Shown here in pieces: positions 53,701 through 64,000 of a DNA stretch of 64,000 nt. The stretch spans positions 37,744 to 101,743 of the IMG/VR virus record IMGVR_UViG_3300001336_000002. One strand, written 5' to 3'. The notes beneath the pieces were generated by a model that saw only the letters and a program-made list of their open reading frames with translations, was not told the origin of the DNA and did no database searches. Position 1 is the stretch's first letter. Each line of letters begins with the position of its first letter. This DNA comes from a virus. The position numbers and the translations under genes were made by a program.

Positions 53701-56700
53701 CTTCCAGGTGATCTAGAAAGCATCATGACGGAAGAACAATACATTGACATGTTTATAGAATTTGAGAAAAATGGAGGGGACGCAGCAGACCTTGAAGCGT
53801 ATCTTAATTCTATTCCTGAAGAGCAGGTTGTAAATGCTGTTGTGACCATAGAAGGGTTAACTCCAGAACAGAGAATTGATTTAGTTAATCAATACAATAG
53901 ATTGGGGGCCCTTCTAGGGGCAGAGGCTGGCAATCAGGTTTATGCTGCTCTAAGAGGGGCTGCTGCCCAAACCCCAACCTCAGAAGCCCCTGGAGCACCA
54001 ACATTAGGACAAGAAGAACAGAGGCTTGAGTCTGAACTTCAGACAGCACAAGGCAGACTCAGTGCAGCAACTCATATATTTGATCCAAATACAGAAGAGG
54101 GAAGAGCAGAAATACAAGCGGCTCAAGAAGATGTCGAAAGACTTCAAGATGAACTATCAGAAATTTCTGAAACAATAACAGAAATTAAACTAGAAATGGG
54201 ACCAGACGCCGAAGAAGCAATAGAAGAAACTGAAGCGCTAAAAGTTTGGTCTCAAGAAACACTGGTAAAAAACATAGAAATAGTTTTTAGAGAAGAGGGA
54301 GACTTAGACAACTTGCCAATGTATGCTGAGCAAGCAAGCCAGTTAAGTCAGTTAGAACCTGAAATGATTTCATTTTTTGGAATAGATCCAGAAAACTTAG
54401 AATCTGTGCAACAATTTTCAGAAGTGATACCAGAGTTAATGTCTCTTTCAGAGGTTCTTATGTCTTTGCCTGAAGAGGACAGGTCTTTTGCTGTGAACCT
54501 TATAGTTAAGGAAAATGGAGAACTTAGGGATGCGATAGAATTTGGAAAATCTGTTCAAGCATACAATCAAGCAATGAGCGAATTAGAGTCGGGTTCCATT
54601 GAGGTTCAAAAAGAAGCGGCAGTAAGGTTGATGACAATGGTTACCGATCAAAATGGAAATCAGGTAGATCCCTCTCAGGCAAGACCAGCGATGATGCAAA
54701 TGATAGACGAACTTGGCCTTTCTGAAGCAGAGTTCTTTGCTCTGCCTCCAATGACAATAACCAAGGTTCTTTCACTAGCAATTGATTTGCAAGGATTTTT
54801 AGAAAGTGCGGCAGCACTTGAGGCGGCAGCAGAGGCTTATAGGGCTATTCCAGGTGGTGAAGGAAGAGAGGCGGCAACACAAGCAATGGCCGCTGCAATT
54901 GCTGCACGATCCGCTGCATCTAGAACAATGGATGCAGCAAGAACTGCAGTAGGAGCGGGACTTGCAGGATCTATGCCGCCATCAGGCGGTGGTGGCGGTG
55001 GCGGCGGTGGCGGCGGCGGCGGGCCATCAGAAACAACGGGGGCCGACTTACTTAAAGAATATTTAGAAGATCTTCAAACTCAAAAAACTCTTATTGGAAG
55101 AATAGCAAAAGAAGGATCAACAGTTAAATCAGGATTTGCTCAGGCATTAAGAAATGCGGGAGCACCAGAACAACTTATTGCCGACATAGTTTCCAAGGGT
55201 AAAGATGGAATAAAGATGGCAAAAGAACTCCTTAAAGATAGGGCTAAAGAACTTAAAAAAATAACAGAACTTATGCTCTCTGTTAATAGGTTTGCTTTTA
55301 TTGAATCTCAAAGGTCTGCCGCCAGAAATGCACAATCTCAAATGGCGGCACAAAGAGGCTTGATGGCAAGCGGATTTAGTTTTGATATTGCTTCTGACAT
55401 CGCCTCAGATGCAGAAGTTGCCCCCGCCCTTGCAGCATCCTATGAAAGATTAAATAATGCTCAAAAGGCAGTAGAAAGGTCTACTGGAAAGAGCAAAGAA
55501 AAGCAAAGAGAGGCAAATGCAGAACTTAAGGCAGCACAAAAAGAATGGAACGAACTAACTAATGCCATTGAAAGAAACATTAGACAACAAGAAAGATTGC
55601 AAATTCAAAATCTTGTTGGAGAAGCAGAACAAGAAGCAAGGAATGCTGCCAACAGAATAAGTGCCTCTCTTGCCCTTATTGGAAGGGGCTTTGATAGAGG
55701 AATAGTTGGCAGAATAGTTGCAGACCCAGCCGTAGCAAACCAAGTTTCTGGATATGTTGAAAAATTAAGAGAACTGGAAAGACAAAGAAGGAGACTTCTT
55801 AGAATCGATAAAGAAGATAGAACCGATAAACAAAAGGCAAGGCTCAGAGATCTAAACAAGGAAATTGAAAGAACAACTCAGCAATATAATAGATTAATAA
55901 GATCCCTTAGAGAACTTTCTAATGCAGAACGAGATGCCCTTGTTTCTGGGGTACAAGAAGGCTTTACTGCAGAAAGAACCGCGCTCCAAAGAGAAGAAGA
56001 GGCTATAAATCTTCTTATGGGACAAAATTTAACCTATGATCAGGCTGCTGCAATTGCAGGAGATGCAGACAGAAGAGATGCCATACTTGCATCAATAGGG
56101 GACCAAGAAACACTAAATCAACTTCTTGCTGAAGCAGTTGAGTTAACAAAAGAACAGCAGGCTGCAGCATTCCGTGGCAGAATAGCAGACCTAGGCAAAG
56201 AAGTTGCCCTTCAAAGCAAAAGAGCAGACTTGGTAGCGCTTGCAGGAGGAGACCAACTTAAATTAAACTATCTAACATCAATGTCTTATGAAGACACCCT
56301 ATACTTTTTGAGCCTGAGCGAAGAAAAGCAAAAAGAGTTTTTGGCTCTTCTTGGACAATCTTTTACTGCAGCAGATAAAGTTGCAGACGCATTTGATCAA
56401 ATTAATGAAAGACAAGAACACTCCAATTATTTAATTGAGCAACAGGCCAACGAAAAATTTGGGGTGATGGATCAATACAATGAAGAAGAAAGAAGTTTGG
56501 ATAGACAAATAAGGTCAAACGAAAGGCTTCTTGAAACCGCACAAGATCAAGTAGATGTTATTCAAGAACAAAATGATGATCTTCAGCACACTATTGATTT
56601 AAGACAAAGAGAAATTGACTTGCTTCAAAGAAGGGCTGATGATTATAATAGAGGGCTTGAGTTAATTCAAAGACAAGAAGACGAAATTAATGAACATTAT

Positions 56701-58152
56701 GATGAAAGACTTGAAGCCTTAGACAGAGTTGATGAGATTAATCAACGAATTGCTCAACGACAAAGAGACCAACTCTCTCTTGCCCAGGCCCTAAGTGAAG
56801 GCGATATTTATGCTGCTGCTCAGGCTGCACAACAGGCAAGGCAGAATGAGGCAGCCAATGCCTTAGAAGAATCTAGAAACGCTATAGAAGAAGCAAGACA
56901 AAGAGAAATAGACAATCTTGCAGTAGATGTAAATGGAACACTTCTTAATCGTGAACAAATAGAAAAAAGACTTCTTGTTATTGAGGATCAGATTTATGAA
57001 AAGAATAAAGAACTTCTGCCACTTCAAGATGCAATATATGCCAATGAACTTTTAATTTACGATATTCAAGAAAAAACCATTGAGCCTTTGGAGGCTGCAA
57101 TAGAAGCATTAAATCGTCAAAAGAGAGTAATTTCAGATCTTAAAAAGGATTGGCAAGACTATTACGATTACCTTAGTGAAAATGCTGTAGACCCACTAAC
57201 AGGAATAAAGTTTAAAGATCTTCAGAAATTGAGAGCAGCATATCAAGCAGAATTAAGGCCAGGAGTAACCGAAGAGCAGGCCCTTCAAAATGCTATAAAT
57301 AGTGCAGGAAGGCTTGGAATAGATCTCTCCTCAGCCAATTTCGATGCACTTAGGGTTGCGTTCGGGGTTCCTCTGACAAAGCCTAAAGATGAAGAAGAAA
57401 CTGGTGGAAAGGATGGTTCAGAAGATTCGGGTGGAGAAACGCCAGCACCTCCCAAGCCAACGGATCTTGATCCAGAAAGATACCCAGAGGTTTTTGGTCA
57501 TGACTATGACACAATGACTAATCCAAACAAGAAGCCACCAGGAACCCCAGGAAATGATCCAAATCTGGAATGGACCTGGAATCCAACTATTGGAAGATGG
57601 GGGGCTCAGAGAAAGCCTCAGGCATCAGGAACAACTACAGCGCCAGCACCAGAACAGGGGGCCGAACCTTCAACAGAGCCAACCACCACTCCTGAGGAAA
57701 GTTATAAAGATAAGCGAGCAGAGGTTGCAGCAAAAACAGGTCTTACGGGAATGGCCCTAACTATGGCAACAAGAGAGTATATCCAATCACAAAAGATGTT
57801 TACAGGAGGAACTGTTTTAGGGGCGGGAGCCAGAGACTCTGTTCCAATTATGGCAAGCCCAGGAGAATTTGTAATCAGAAAGGCAATGGTAGACAAGTAT
57901 GGAATGCCAATGCTAAACAAGATAAATCAAGGATCTTTTGACCCATCATTTGCAACTCCTAAGGCCATGGGAATAAGAATGCCAAGAGTTTCTTCTAATA
58001 GTGCGACTTCAAATTCTTCAACAATGTATAATACTTATAGCGTTAATGTTACTGCACAGACAAATGCAAATGCTGATGATATTGCAAACAGAGCAGTATC
58101 AAAGATAATTGAACTTCAAAACAGGCAGGTAAGGAGCGCTCGTGTCTACTAA
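47710..58152 (+). CDS. Tape measure protein (~3480 aa if two 1-nt indels at ~51506 and ~51707 are corrected)
   Basis: TP901-type core, Ala/Gly helical repeats, two GG.V.G.G..D.VP....PGE motifs; both ORF parts are in the same frame. Confidence 0.85.
51411..51706 (+). repeat. Exact ~96-bp direct repeat, 200 bp apart, inside the tape measure
   Basis: 51411-51506 equals 51611-51706. Confidence 0.95.
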
Positions 58153-58753
58153 GTCTTACATGCAAGGAAGATATGCCTTCTTAAAGGGTGGCACAAGGCC
58201 GCAGGCAATGCTGTGGTCTAACAACGCAGGAACTATTCAAGATTCTTTTTATGTTCCTGATGGACAAGAGGGGGAAGACTTTATTGTTGTCTCTGATCAC
58301 AATAGATCAGAACTTTCTTTTTCTCAAAACAGAATTGAGACAAGAGAAAGAATGATAAATGGAAACATGCGCTCTTATTGGATTGCAGACAAACTTAATC
58401 TTTCTTGTTCGTGGTCAAGGCTCCCCTCCAGACCCTTTGACGGCCCTGTTTCTTTTGATCAAAATGGGAATCTAATAGAGAGCAACTATTTATCTTATAC
58501 TGTGGACGGTGCTGCGGGAGGAGTTGACATGCTTCATTGGTATGAATCTCATCCAGAGCCTTTTTATGTGTATCTGTCTTACGATAAGTACAAGTCTAAC
58601 AATTCCGTAAACTATAATGAACTTCATACATATAGTCAAATAATAAAAGTTTATTTTGCATCATTCAATTATTCAGTAGAAAAAAGAAGCGGAACAGCAA
58701 CAAATAATGGATTCGATTTTTGGAACGTAGATGTTTCTATGGAAGAGGCATAA
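58142..58753 (+). CDS. Distal tail protein-like
   Basis: Follows the tape measure; R.INGNMR, W.V...EE ending. Confidence 0.6.
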   Translation: MSTKSYMQGRYAFLKGGTRPQAMLWSNNAGTIQDSFYVPDGQEGEDFIVVSDHNRSELSFSQNRIETRERMINGNMRSYWIADKLNLSCSWSRLPSRPFDGPVSFDQNGNLIESNYLSYTVDGAAGGVDMLHWYESHPEPFYVYLSYDKYKSNNSVNYNELHTYSQIIKVYFASFNYSVEKRSGTATNNGFDFWNVDVSMEEA

Positions 58754-61700
58754 TGTTTGAATCTGAGGCACTGAACCATCATCTACAAACATCTGAAACA
58801 ATAAAAAATAAATCTTTAATCTTTGTAGAGTGGAATTTAAATGACCCAGAAAATATTAAAAAACTTGGAAACTATAGGTATAGGCCAAGTTATTCTGCTT
58901 CTCCGTACTACTTAATCCCCATGAATTATGATGAATATGATTTAGGAAACTACTACACTGGTGCCACAGACTCAGATGTAGTTATAGAGAGTGGGCTTAA
59001 TGATCAAGACGAACCAACTCTTTTTGTTGATAGAAAAAGAAAAATGGAAATGCTTTTTTCTCTAGAAGACTGCACAAAACCATTTAGGCCAAGATCGGGT
59101 ATTAACAAGGTTTTATACTTAAATCAATTTATCGATGATTCTAGGAGAAGTGGATCTAGAAGGCCAAGGTACTACATGGCGTCCAAAGACGATCAATTTA
59201 AATACTGGACATCATATAGAACTGAAAAAGGAATTCCTACGCCGAATCCTGGGCAAACAGCAGAAACAGCGGAATCAGAGGTTGCACGAGGGATATCCTT
59301 CTACGACTCTATTAGCGATAGAAATTACATTGAAGATGCAGCCCCCTTTGTCGTATATAATCAGGCTGTCCCTACTAATAAAATTGTCCTTAAAATGCAA
59401 ACAAATACGGGTGAAGAAAATTTAGGAGAACTTAGATACGGACAACAAAAAATTATTGAAGACCCTCTATATGGACAAAAAAATAGATCTACTCCTAAAA
59501 TATGGAAAATAGAGGTACTAAAGGGAAATTCGTGGGTTACAGCAGTTTCCTTTGACGAACAAAGTGCAAGACAAGATGGATCAGAAATAATTAAGTCAGA
59601 CGGGTATGTAGAGATTGCTTACGGCTTAAAAATTCCTGAAAGATTTTCTAAATTTAATTATATTGGACAACTGTCCAACCAAACAATTCTTCCAGATTCA
59701 TCAGAAGAGGGAGACGCATACTTAGTAAAACCAAATGAAAAAGATAGAGGCACTATCTTTATATATTACGGATCTTCATGGCAGCAGTTTTCTCCAGAGT
59801 ACTTCTGGCAACTTTCAGACGAAGAAATTAAGGACAGAACTTTAACTGTAACAAAACTTTCTGATCCAGATTTTTTTGTTGAAAATGGCGTTGACATTTT
59901 TAGGGAATTTGAATTTATTGATGGCATAAGAATTGTTGTTCAGACAATGAATAAGAAAAATTGCACTTTTGATTTAATAGAGTTTTCCCCAAGACTTTTT
60001 GCAAACATTACCGAAAAGGTAATGGAGTTTTCTGTCACAAAGACTTTGGCAGATATGGGCAACAGTTCTGTCCCAGTAGACGGAGTTTATGCCTCAACAG
60101 GATCTCTCTCTTTAATGGATGAGGATTTTTCTTTTAATGAAAACAATGTTTTTGATTCACAAACAAATACAGGAAGTCTTGTCTATCAATACTTAAATAA
60201 AAATATTAAGTTTATACTTTATGAATCAATTGAAGTCGATTCAAACAATTTCTATATTCCAATAAAGACAATGTATTCTTCGGGATTGCCTCAGATTCAA
60301 TCTCCAGTTTCTAATGTATCGATAGACCTAAGAGATTTCTTTTTCTTTTTAGAACAATCAAAGGCCCCTCAATTATTCTTAACAGATATTTCTTTAAGCA
60401 ATGCTGTACTAATATTGCTAGACTTTGTTGGGTTTAGCAATTACAACTTTAAAAGAATCTTTTCTTCTGAAATAATAATTCCATACTTCTTTGTAGAACA
60501 GGGACAAAATGTTGCTGAAGTCTTGCAAAAATTAGCAAAGGCAAGTCAGACAACAATGTTTTTTGATGAGTTTAACAATTTAAATATTTTTTCAAAAGAA
60601 TATGTACTGCCAGAAAATGAAGATGATAGAGAAACCAGTGGATATATTTTGGGAGATATATATGCAGAAGACTTATCAGGAGAACTATATAAGGTTATTG
60701 ATTTTTTCTATCAAATAGAAAGTCTTCCTGAAGAAGAATACGAAGGAGCGTTTGTCAGTCATATTGATAATGGAATTTATACATGGTCAAAAAGCGCTAC
60801 CCAATGGATAAAGGTTGGGGTAGCAAGCAAAATACTTCAGCCAAACATCCTTTCCCTTTCTTCAGCAGAAAAGAAGGTTTTTAATGATGGACAAATAAAC
60901 TATACAACAAGATATTTGCAAAGGTCTATCGGATCGACCAGCGCCGCTTTGAAGATAGATGAATATAAAAATTATATATATAAGCCAGTCCTTTTGTGGG
61001 AAGCATCAGGAAGCACAAATAGACAAACAATTAATGAGTTGGCTGGACAGTCATCTGGATTTGTTTTGGGAGCAATTCCTCTTGCCTCAAATTTAACAGA
61101 TCAACAGCCTTATTCTTTTAATAACGAAATATACAACAACACCATTGATCTTGGGGAAAATGTTTATTGGATGACCAACTATCAAGGTTATTTTTATTCT
61201 TCGGGGGAAATTATAAAGTATGATGCAATAGAATATTCTGTTTCAGGAATAGGAAGCCCTGTATGGATTTCCAGCAATCTAGAATATCAAGATTATTTTT
61301 CTAATTTGCAGTTTAATGGTAAGATGTATCCTACTGGAAGAGTCAGGATATATTGTGAACCAGAATTTGAATTTTTAAATGATGAACTAAGAATAAAAGA
61401 CTCAAGCCCAATTAGAATTAATGGAAGAGGGCAATTTGGAACTCCAATCACTTTTCATTCCGCTGGAATAGATGAAAACAGTCACTGGAGAAACAATGAA
61501 AATGTCTATGGCTGCATTCAAGACGCCTCCTCTTTTCTTTTTGATTTTAGCAAATACACAGACTATCCAAATAGCCTGCAAAATTCTGAGGCAGGGAAGA
61601 CCAAAACCGTAGGGGAAACTACCTTTGTCTCTAAACCCATTGCATCGTCATCTTTGAGGCACGGATTAATAAAAAACTTTTTAACAGATAAAAACTTTAC

Positions 61701-63624
61701 TGAAACAGATTTAAGTTATAGAAAGACAACAGAGCCAGGGTCAATTCAGTCTTCTGCCTTGGTTTTCTCTGGACCAGAAATTTCAGAAGCCCTGGGCGCT
61801 CAAAACTTTGTTTCATATGTCTACAAAGATTTTATTGACAGCGATGGTGCATCAATACCTTACAAGCATTATGGAACAAGAATGAGGGTGGTCGGGAAGG
61901 TAGAGTCTGGAACCAACAAAAGACAGACTCCATCAGGTGCCTTTACAGTCTATACTGGGGGAACCAATCAAGATGCTGACCAGGAAGCCGTCCCTGCTGA
62001 ACCACAAACTACTGAGCAGTCCGTATTCATATATGGGGGTTCGGGTGGTATAGGAATCAATGTTGATAAAGATAAAAACACTGGATATTATTTTGAAATA
62101 CTTGCCCTAACATCAGATACTATAGAAGATTATATTGGAGAAAACAACCTAACCACTTCTTCTGTAAGCATATTGTCAGATCCCGCCCCGCAAACAGAAA
62201 ATACCCAGGTATATGTGTGGACAGAAAAAGAGTTTGATCTATCTGTTGGGCAAACTGTAATTGTTGATGGGCTAACAGACGCAAACGATCCTCAAAATAC
62301 GGGAACACCATTGAATGGGGAATATGTTGTTACCTATGTTGCTGAGAATAAAAAGTCTTTTGCCTACAATATAGGCGTAGAACTAAACACAACATCGTCA
62401 ACAGGCGGCAGAGTTTCAACAGTAATACAAGATGAATCACAACTAGCAAACATTTTTTTCTATAAAGTTGTTGCTGATGAAAATGGAAATGCAATACCCT
62501 ACAAACTTTGGACGGGAATTTCATCCATAAATGTAGATTCAGGAGATTTTTATGGGCAGTCAAGAATTTTTGGAGAAGAACTTACAACAGTTTATGATTT
62601 AGCAGTAGAATATATAAATTCAGGATCGACAAGAACATTCTACTTATACTTAAATGATAAGCAAATTTCTGTAGTTGAAGACACAAATCCTTTAGAAGAG
62701 AAAAACTCTGTTGCTCTTTTTGTTAGGGGATCAAGCAAATGTATGTTTGAAAATGTATATGCTTTGTCACAAAATTATTCTCAAAACTCTGTGTTTTCTG
62801 TTAAGGACAACGTATCGGGGATTTTTGGAGATCAAGAAATAGATGCTACAGAAGCATTGAGGAAATATGCAATTAGCGGTATAATACAAAAAACATATCT
62901 GTCAGGAATAAGTTCACTAGAAGATCCACAATACAGTATTTATTTTGAAGAGTTTGGATCAATAATGAGAGAGGCCGCATACTTTAACGTCCTTTATGAT
63001 AGAGCCTATCCAGCACTTTATGCAAAACTAATGAAAACTCAAAACTCTTTAAAGTCATACACAGTGTCAGGATTCTATGCATGGTCGTATGGTGCAGAAT
63101 TTTTAGTGTTTAATTCTACAGATTTCGCTATAGCCTTAGACGATACTAGCGGAAATTACTTAAGAATAATGGGGGTAACATTTACGCAAAGCACTAGCAA
63201 CACCTTGAGCGTAGACGATTTATACAAAAAGAGATCCAACCTACTGGATGCAAAACTTGAATCAAGCAATATTTTGTCTAATCCCTTAGCAATAGATCAA
63301 GAATACAATAGAATTAAAAACAGTAGAGAAAGGTTTGGTAAAAACGAGATAACAATAGAAACTCCGTACATCCAGACAACAGATTCCGCCGAAGACGTTT
63401 TTGGATGGATTATTGATAAAATTTCTAGACCAAGACAGATTTTCGGGGTAAAAACTTTTGGAACCTTTAACCTACAACTTGGAGATATAGTTAAAGTAAA
63501 AGCACAAACAAATGATGGTATAAACTTTTTATCAGATGATGAAAAGAGATTTGTTATATATCAAATAGATTATACTAGAAATAATTCAGGATTAGAAATA
63601 ACATCGTATTTGGTGGAGGTGTAG
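58753..63624 (+). CDS. Large baseplate hub/minor tail protein
   Basis: Synteny; E.LQ.LA...MFFDE.N.L and LQLGDIV hub-like motifs. Confidence 0.65.
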   Translation: MFESEALNHHLQTSETIKNKSLIFVEWNLNDPENIKKLGNYRYRPSYSASPYYLIPMNYDEYDLGNYYTGATDSDVVIESGLNDQDEPTLFVDRKRKMEMLFSLEDCTKPFRPRSGINKVLYLNQFIDDSRRSGSRRPRYYMASKDDQFKYWTSYRTEKGIPTPNPGQTAETAESEVARGISFYDSISDRNYIEDAAPFVVYNQAVPTNKIVLKMQTNTGEENLGELRYGQQKIIEDPLYGQKNRSTPKIWKIEVLKGNSWVTAVSFDEQSARQDGSEIIKSDGYVEIAYGLKIPERFSKFNYIGQLSNQTILPDSSEEGDAYLVKPNEKDRGTIFIYYGSSWQQFSPEYFWQLSDEEIKDRTLTVTKLSDPDFFVENGVDIFREFEFIDGIRIVVQTMNKKNCTFDLIEFSPRLFANITEKVMEFSVTKTLADMGNSSVPVDGVYASTGSLSLMDEDFSFNENNVFDSQTNTGSLVYQYLNKNIKFILYESIEVDSNNFYIPIKTMYSSGLPQIQSPVSNVSIDLRDFFFFLEQSKAPQLFLTDISLSNAVLILLDFVGFSNYNFKRIFSSEIIIPYFFVEQGQNVAEVLQKLAKASQTTMFFDEFNNLNIFSKEYVLPENEDDRETSGYILGDIYAEDLSGELYKVIDFFYQIESLPEEEYEGAFVSHIDNGIYTWSKSATQWIKVGVASKILQPNILSLSSAEKKVFNDGQINYTTRYLQRSIGSTSAALKIDEYKNYIYKPVLLWEASGSTNRQTINELAGQSSGFVLGAIPLASNLTDQQPYSFNNEIYNNTIDLGENVYWMTNYQGYFYSSGEIIKYDAIEYSVSGIGSPVWISSNLEYQDYFSNLQFNGKMYPTGRVRIYCEPEFEFLNDELRIKDSSPIRINGRGQFGTPITFHSAGIDENSHWRNNENVYGCIQDASSFLFDFSKYTDYPNSLQNSEAGKTKTVGETTFVSKPIASSSLRHGLIKNFLTDKNFTETDLSYRKTTEPGSIQSSALVFSGPEISEALGAQNFVSYVYKDFIDSDGASIPYKHYGTRMRVVGKVESGTNKRQTPSGAFTVYTGGTNQDADQEAVPAEPQTTEQSVFIYGGSGGIGINVDKDKNTGYYFEILALTSDTIEDYIGENNLTTSSVSILSDPAPQTENTQVYVWTEKEFDLSVGQTVIVDGLTDANDPQNTGTPLNGEYVVTYVAENKKSFAYNIGVELNTTSSTGGRVSTVIQDESQLANIFFYKVVADENGNAIPYKLWTGISSINVDSGDFYGQSRIFGEELTTVYDLAVEYINSGSTRTFYLYLNDKQISVVEDTNPLEEKNSVALFVRGSSKCMFENVYALSQNYSQNSVFSVKDNVSGIFGDQEIDATEALRKYAISGIIQKTYLSGISSLEDPQYSIYFEEFGSIMREAAYFNVLYDRAYPALYAKLMKTQNSLKSYTVSGFYAWSYGAEFLVFNSTDFAIALDDTSGNYLRIMGVTFTQSTSNTLSVDDLYKKRSNLLDAKLESSNILSNPLAIDQEYNRIKNSRERFGKNEITIETPYIQTTDSAEDVFGWIIDKISRPRQIFGVKTFGTFNLQLGDIVKVKAQTNDGINFLSDDEKRFVIYQIDYTRNNSGLEITSYLVEV

Positions 63625-63625
63625 T

Positions 63626-64000
63626 ATGGCAAGAAATCAAAGGGCTCCTAGGAATCCTCCCAAAAACAACAAACCCAAAAAACCTCCTGGCAAACCGCCC
63701 ACCAAGCCAGCGACTAAAAAACCTCCTGGATTTGCTACTCAAAAAAATAAAATCAATGCTTCTTACAAGGCTGGTGACATAACCAAAGAAGAGAGGGCAT
63801 TTTTTATTGAGGATTTGCAGATGTTTGCTGCTGATGGCAAAATTTCCTCGGCAGAAAAGGGGTCTATTTCTGAAGAAATAAATCTTTCAAAAGGAGTTTC
63901 ACCTGCTCCTGCCCCTCCACCTCCAGCACCACCAGTGACGCCACCTGCTCCTGCCCCTCCACCTCCAGCACCACCAGTGACGCCACCTGCTCCTGCCCCT
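63626..64000 (+). CDS. Pro/Lys-rich protein, 3'-truncated, with a 42-bp tandem repeat (PAPAPPPPAPPVTP) from 63901
   Basis: GGAGG SD; open to the window end; repeat units at 63901, 63943 and 63985. Confidence 0.65.
   Translation, partial: MARNQRAPRNPPKNNKPKKPPGKPPTKPATKKPPGFATQKNKINASYKAGDITKEERAFFIEDLQMFAADGKISSAEKGSISEEINLSKGVSPAPAPPPPAPPVTPPAPAPPPPAPPVTPPAPAP

Noticed and set aside
19004-57920. Many antisense ORFs in the track within structural genes (e.g. 41113-41811, 49512-50336)
   Set aside because: Shadow ORFs of codon-biased genes, with no RBS or recognisable motifs.

Overview
Part of a large lytic siphovirus-type phage genome, most likely infecting Actinomycetota (WhiB gene, leaderless promoters, r1t-type holin, LexA/PafBC-type motifs). 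Three zones: (1) 1-2400: DenV-like glycosylase, HslV-like protease, six co-oriented DnaA boxes and iteron-like repeats. (2) About 2400-15250: a GC-richer, all minus-strand array of small, often acidic genes plus DUF932, WhiB, HNH, tRNA-Asp and a ~640-nt structured non-coding locus. It is divided into cassettes by a repeated composite element (TCGTAA about 33 bp before CCGG, plus an AA-N4-TTG-N5-CAA-N4-TT palindrome) and has ten promoters of the form TGTCAG-N10-TAnnnT, matching the actinobacterial PafBC (RecA-NDp) DNA-damage promoter. This is a probable early/host-takeover region, possibly a long terminal repeat. (3) 15300-64000: AT-richer plus-strand late region with holins, ThyX, tail-fibre modules (including a 7-repeat beta-propeller with hypervariable loops), sulfotransferase, SSB, class II RNR, portal, protease/scaffold, capsid, neck, tail tube, frameshifted tail chaperones, a very long tape measure (split by compensating 1-nt indels, probably an artefact) and baseplate genes. 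No terminase, integrase or reverse transcriptase was recognised in the window. All calls come from reading the sequence and ORF track; no searches were run.
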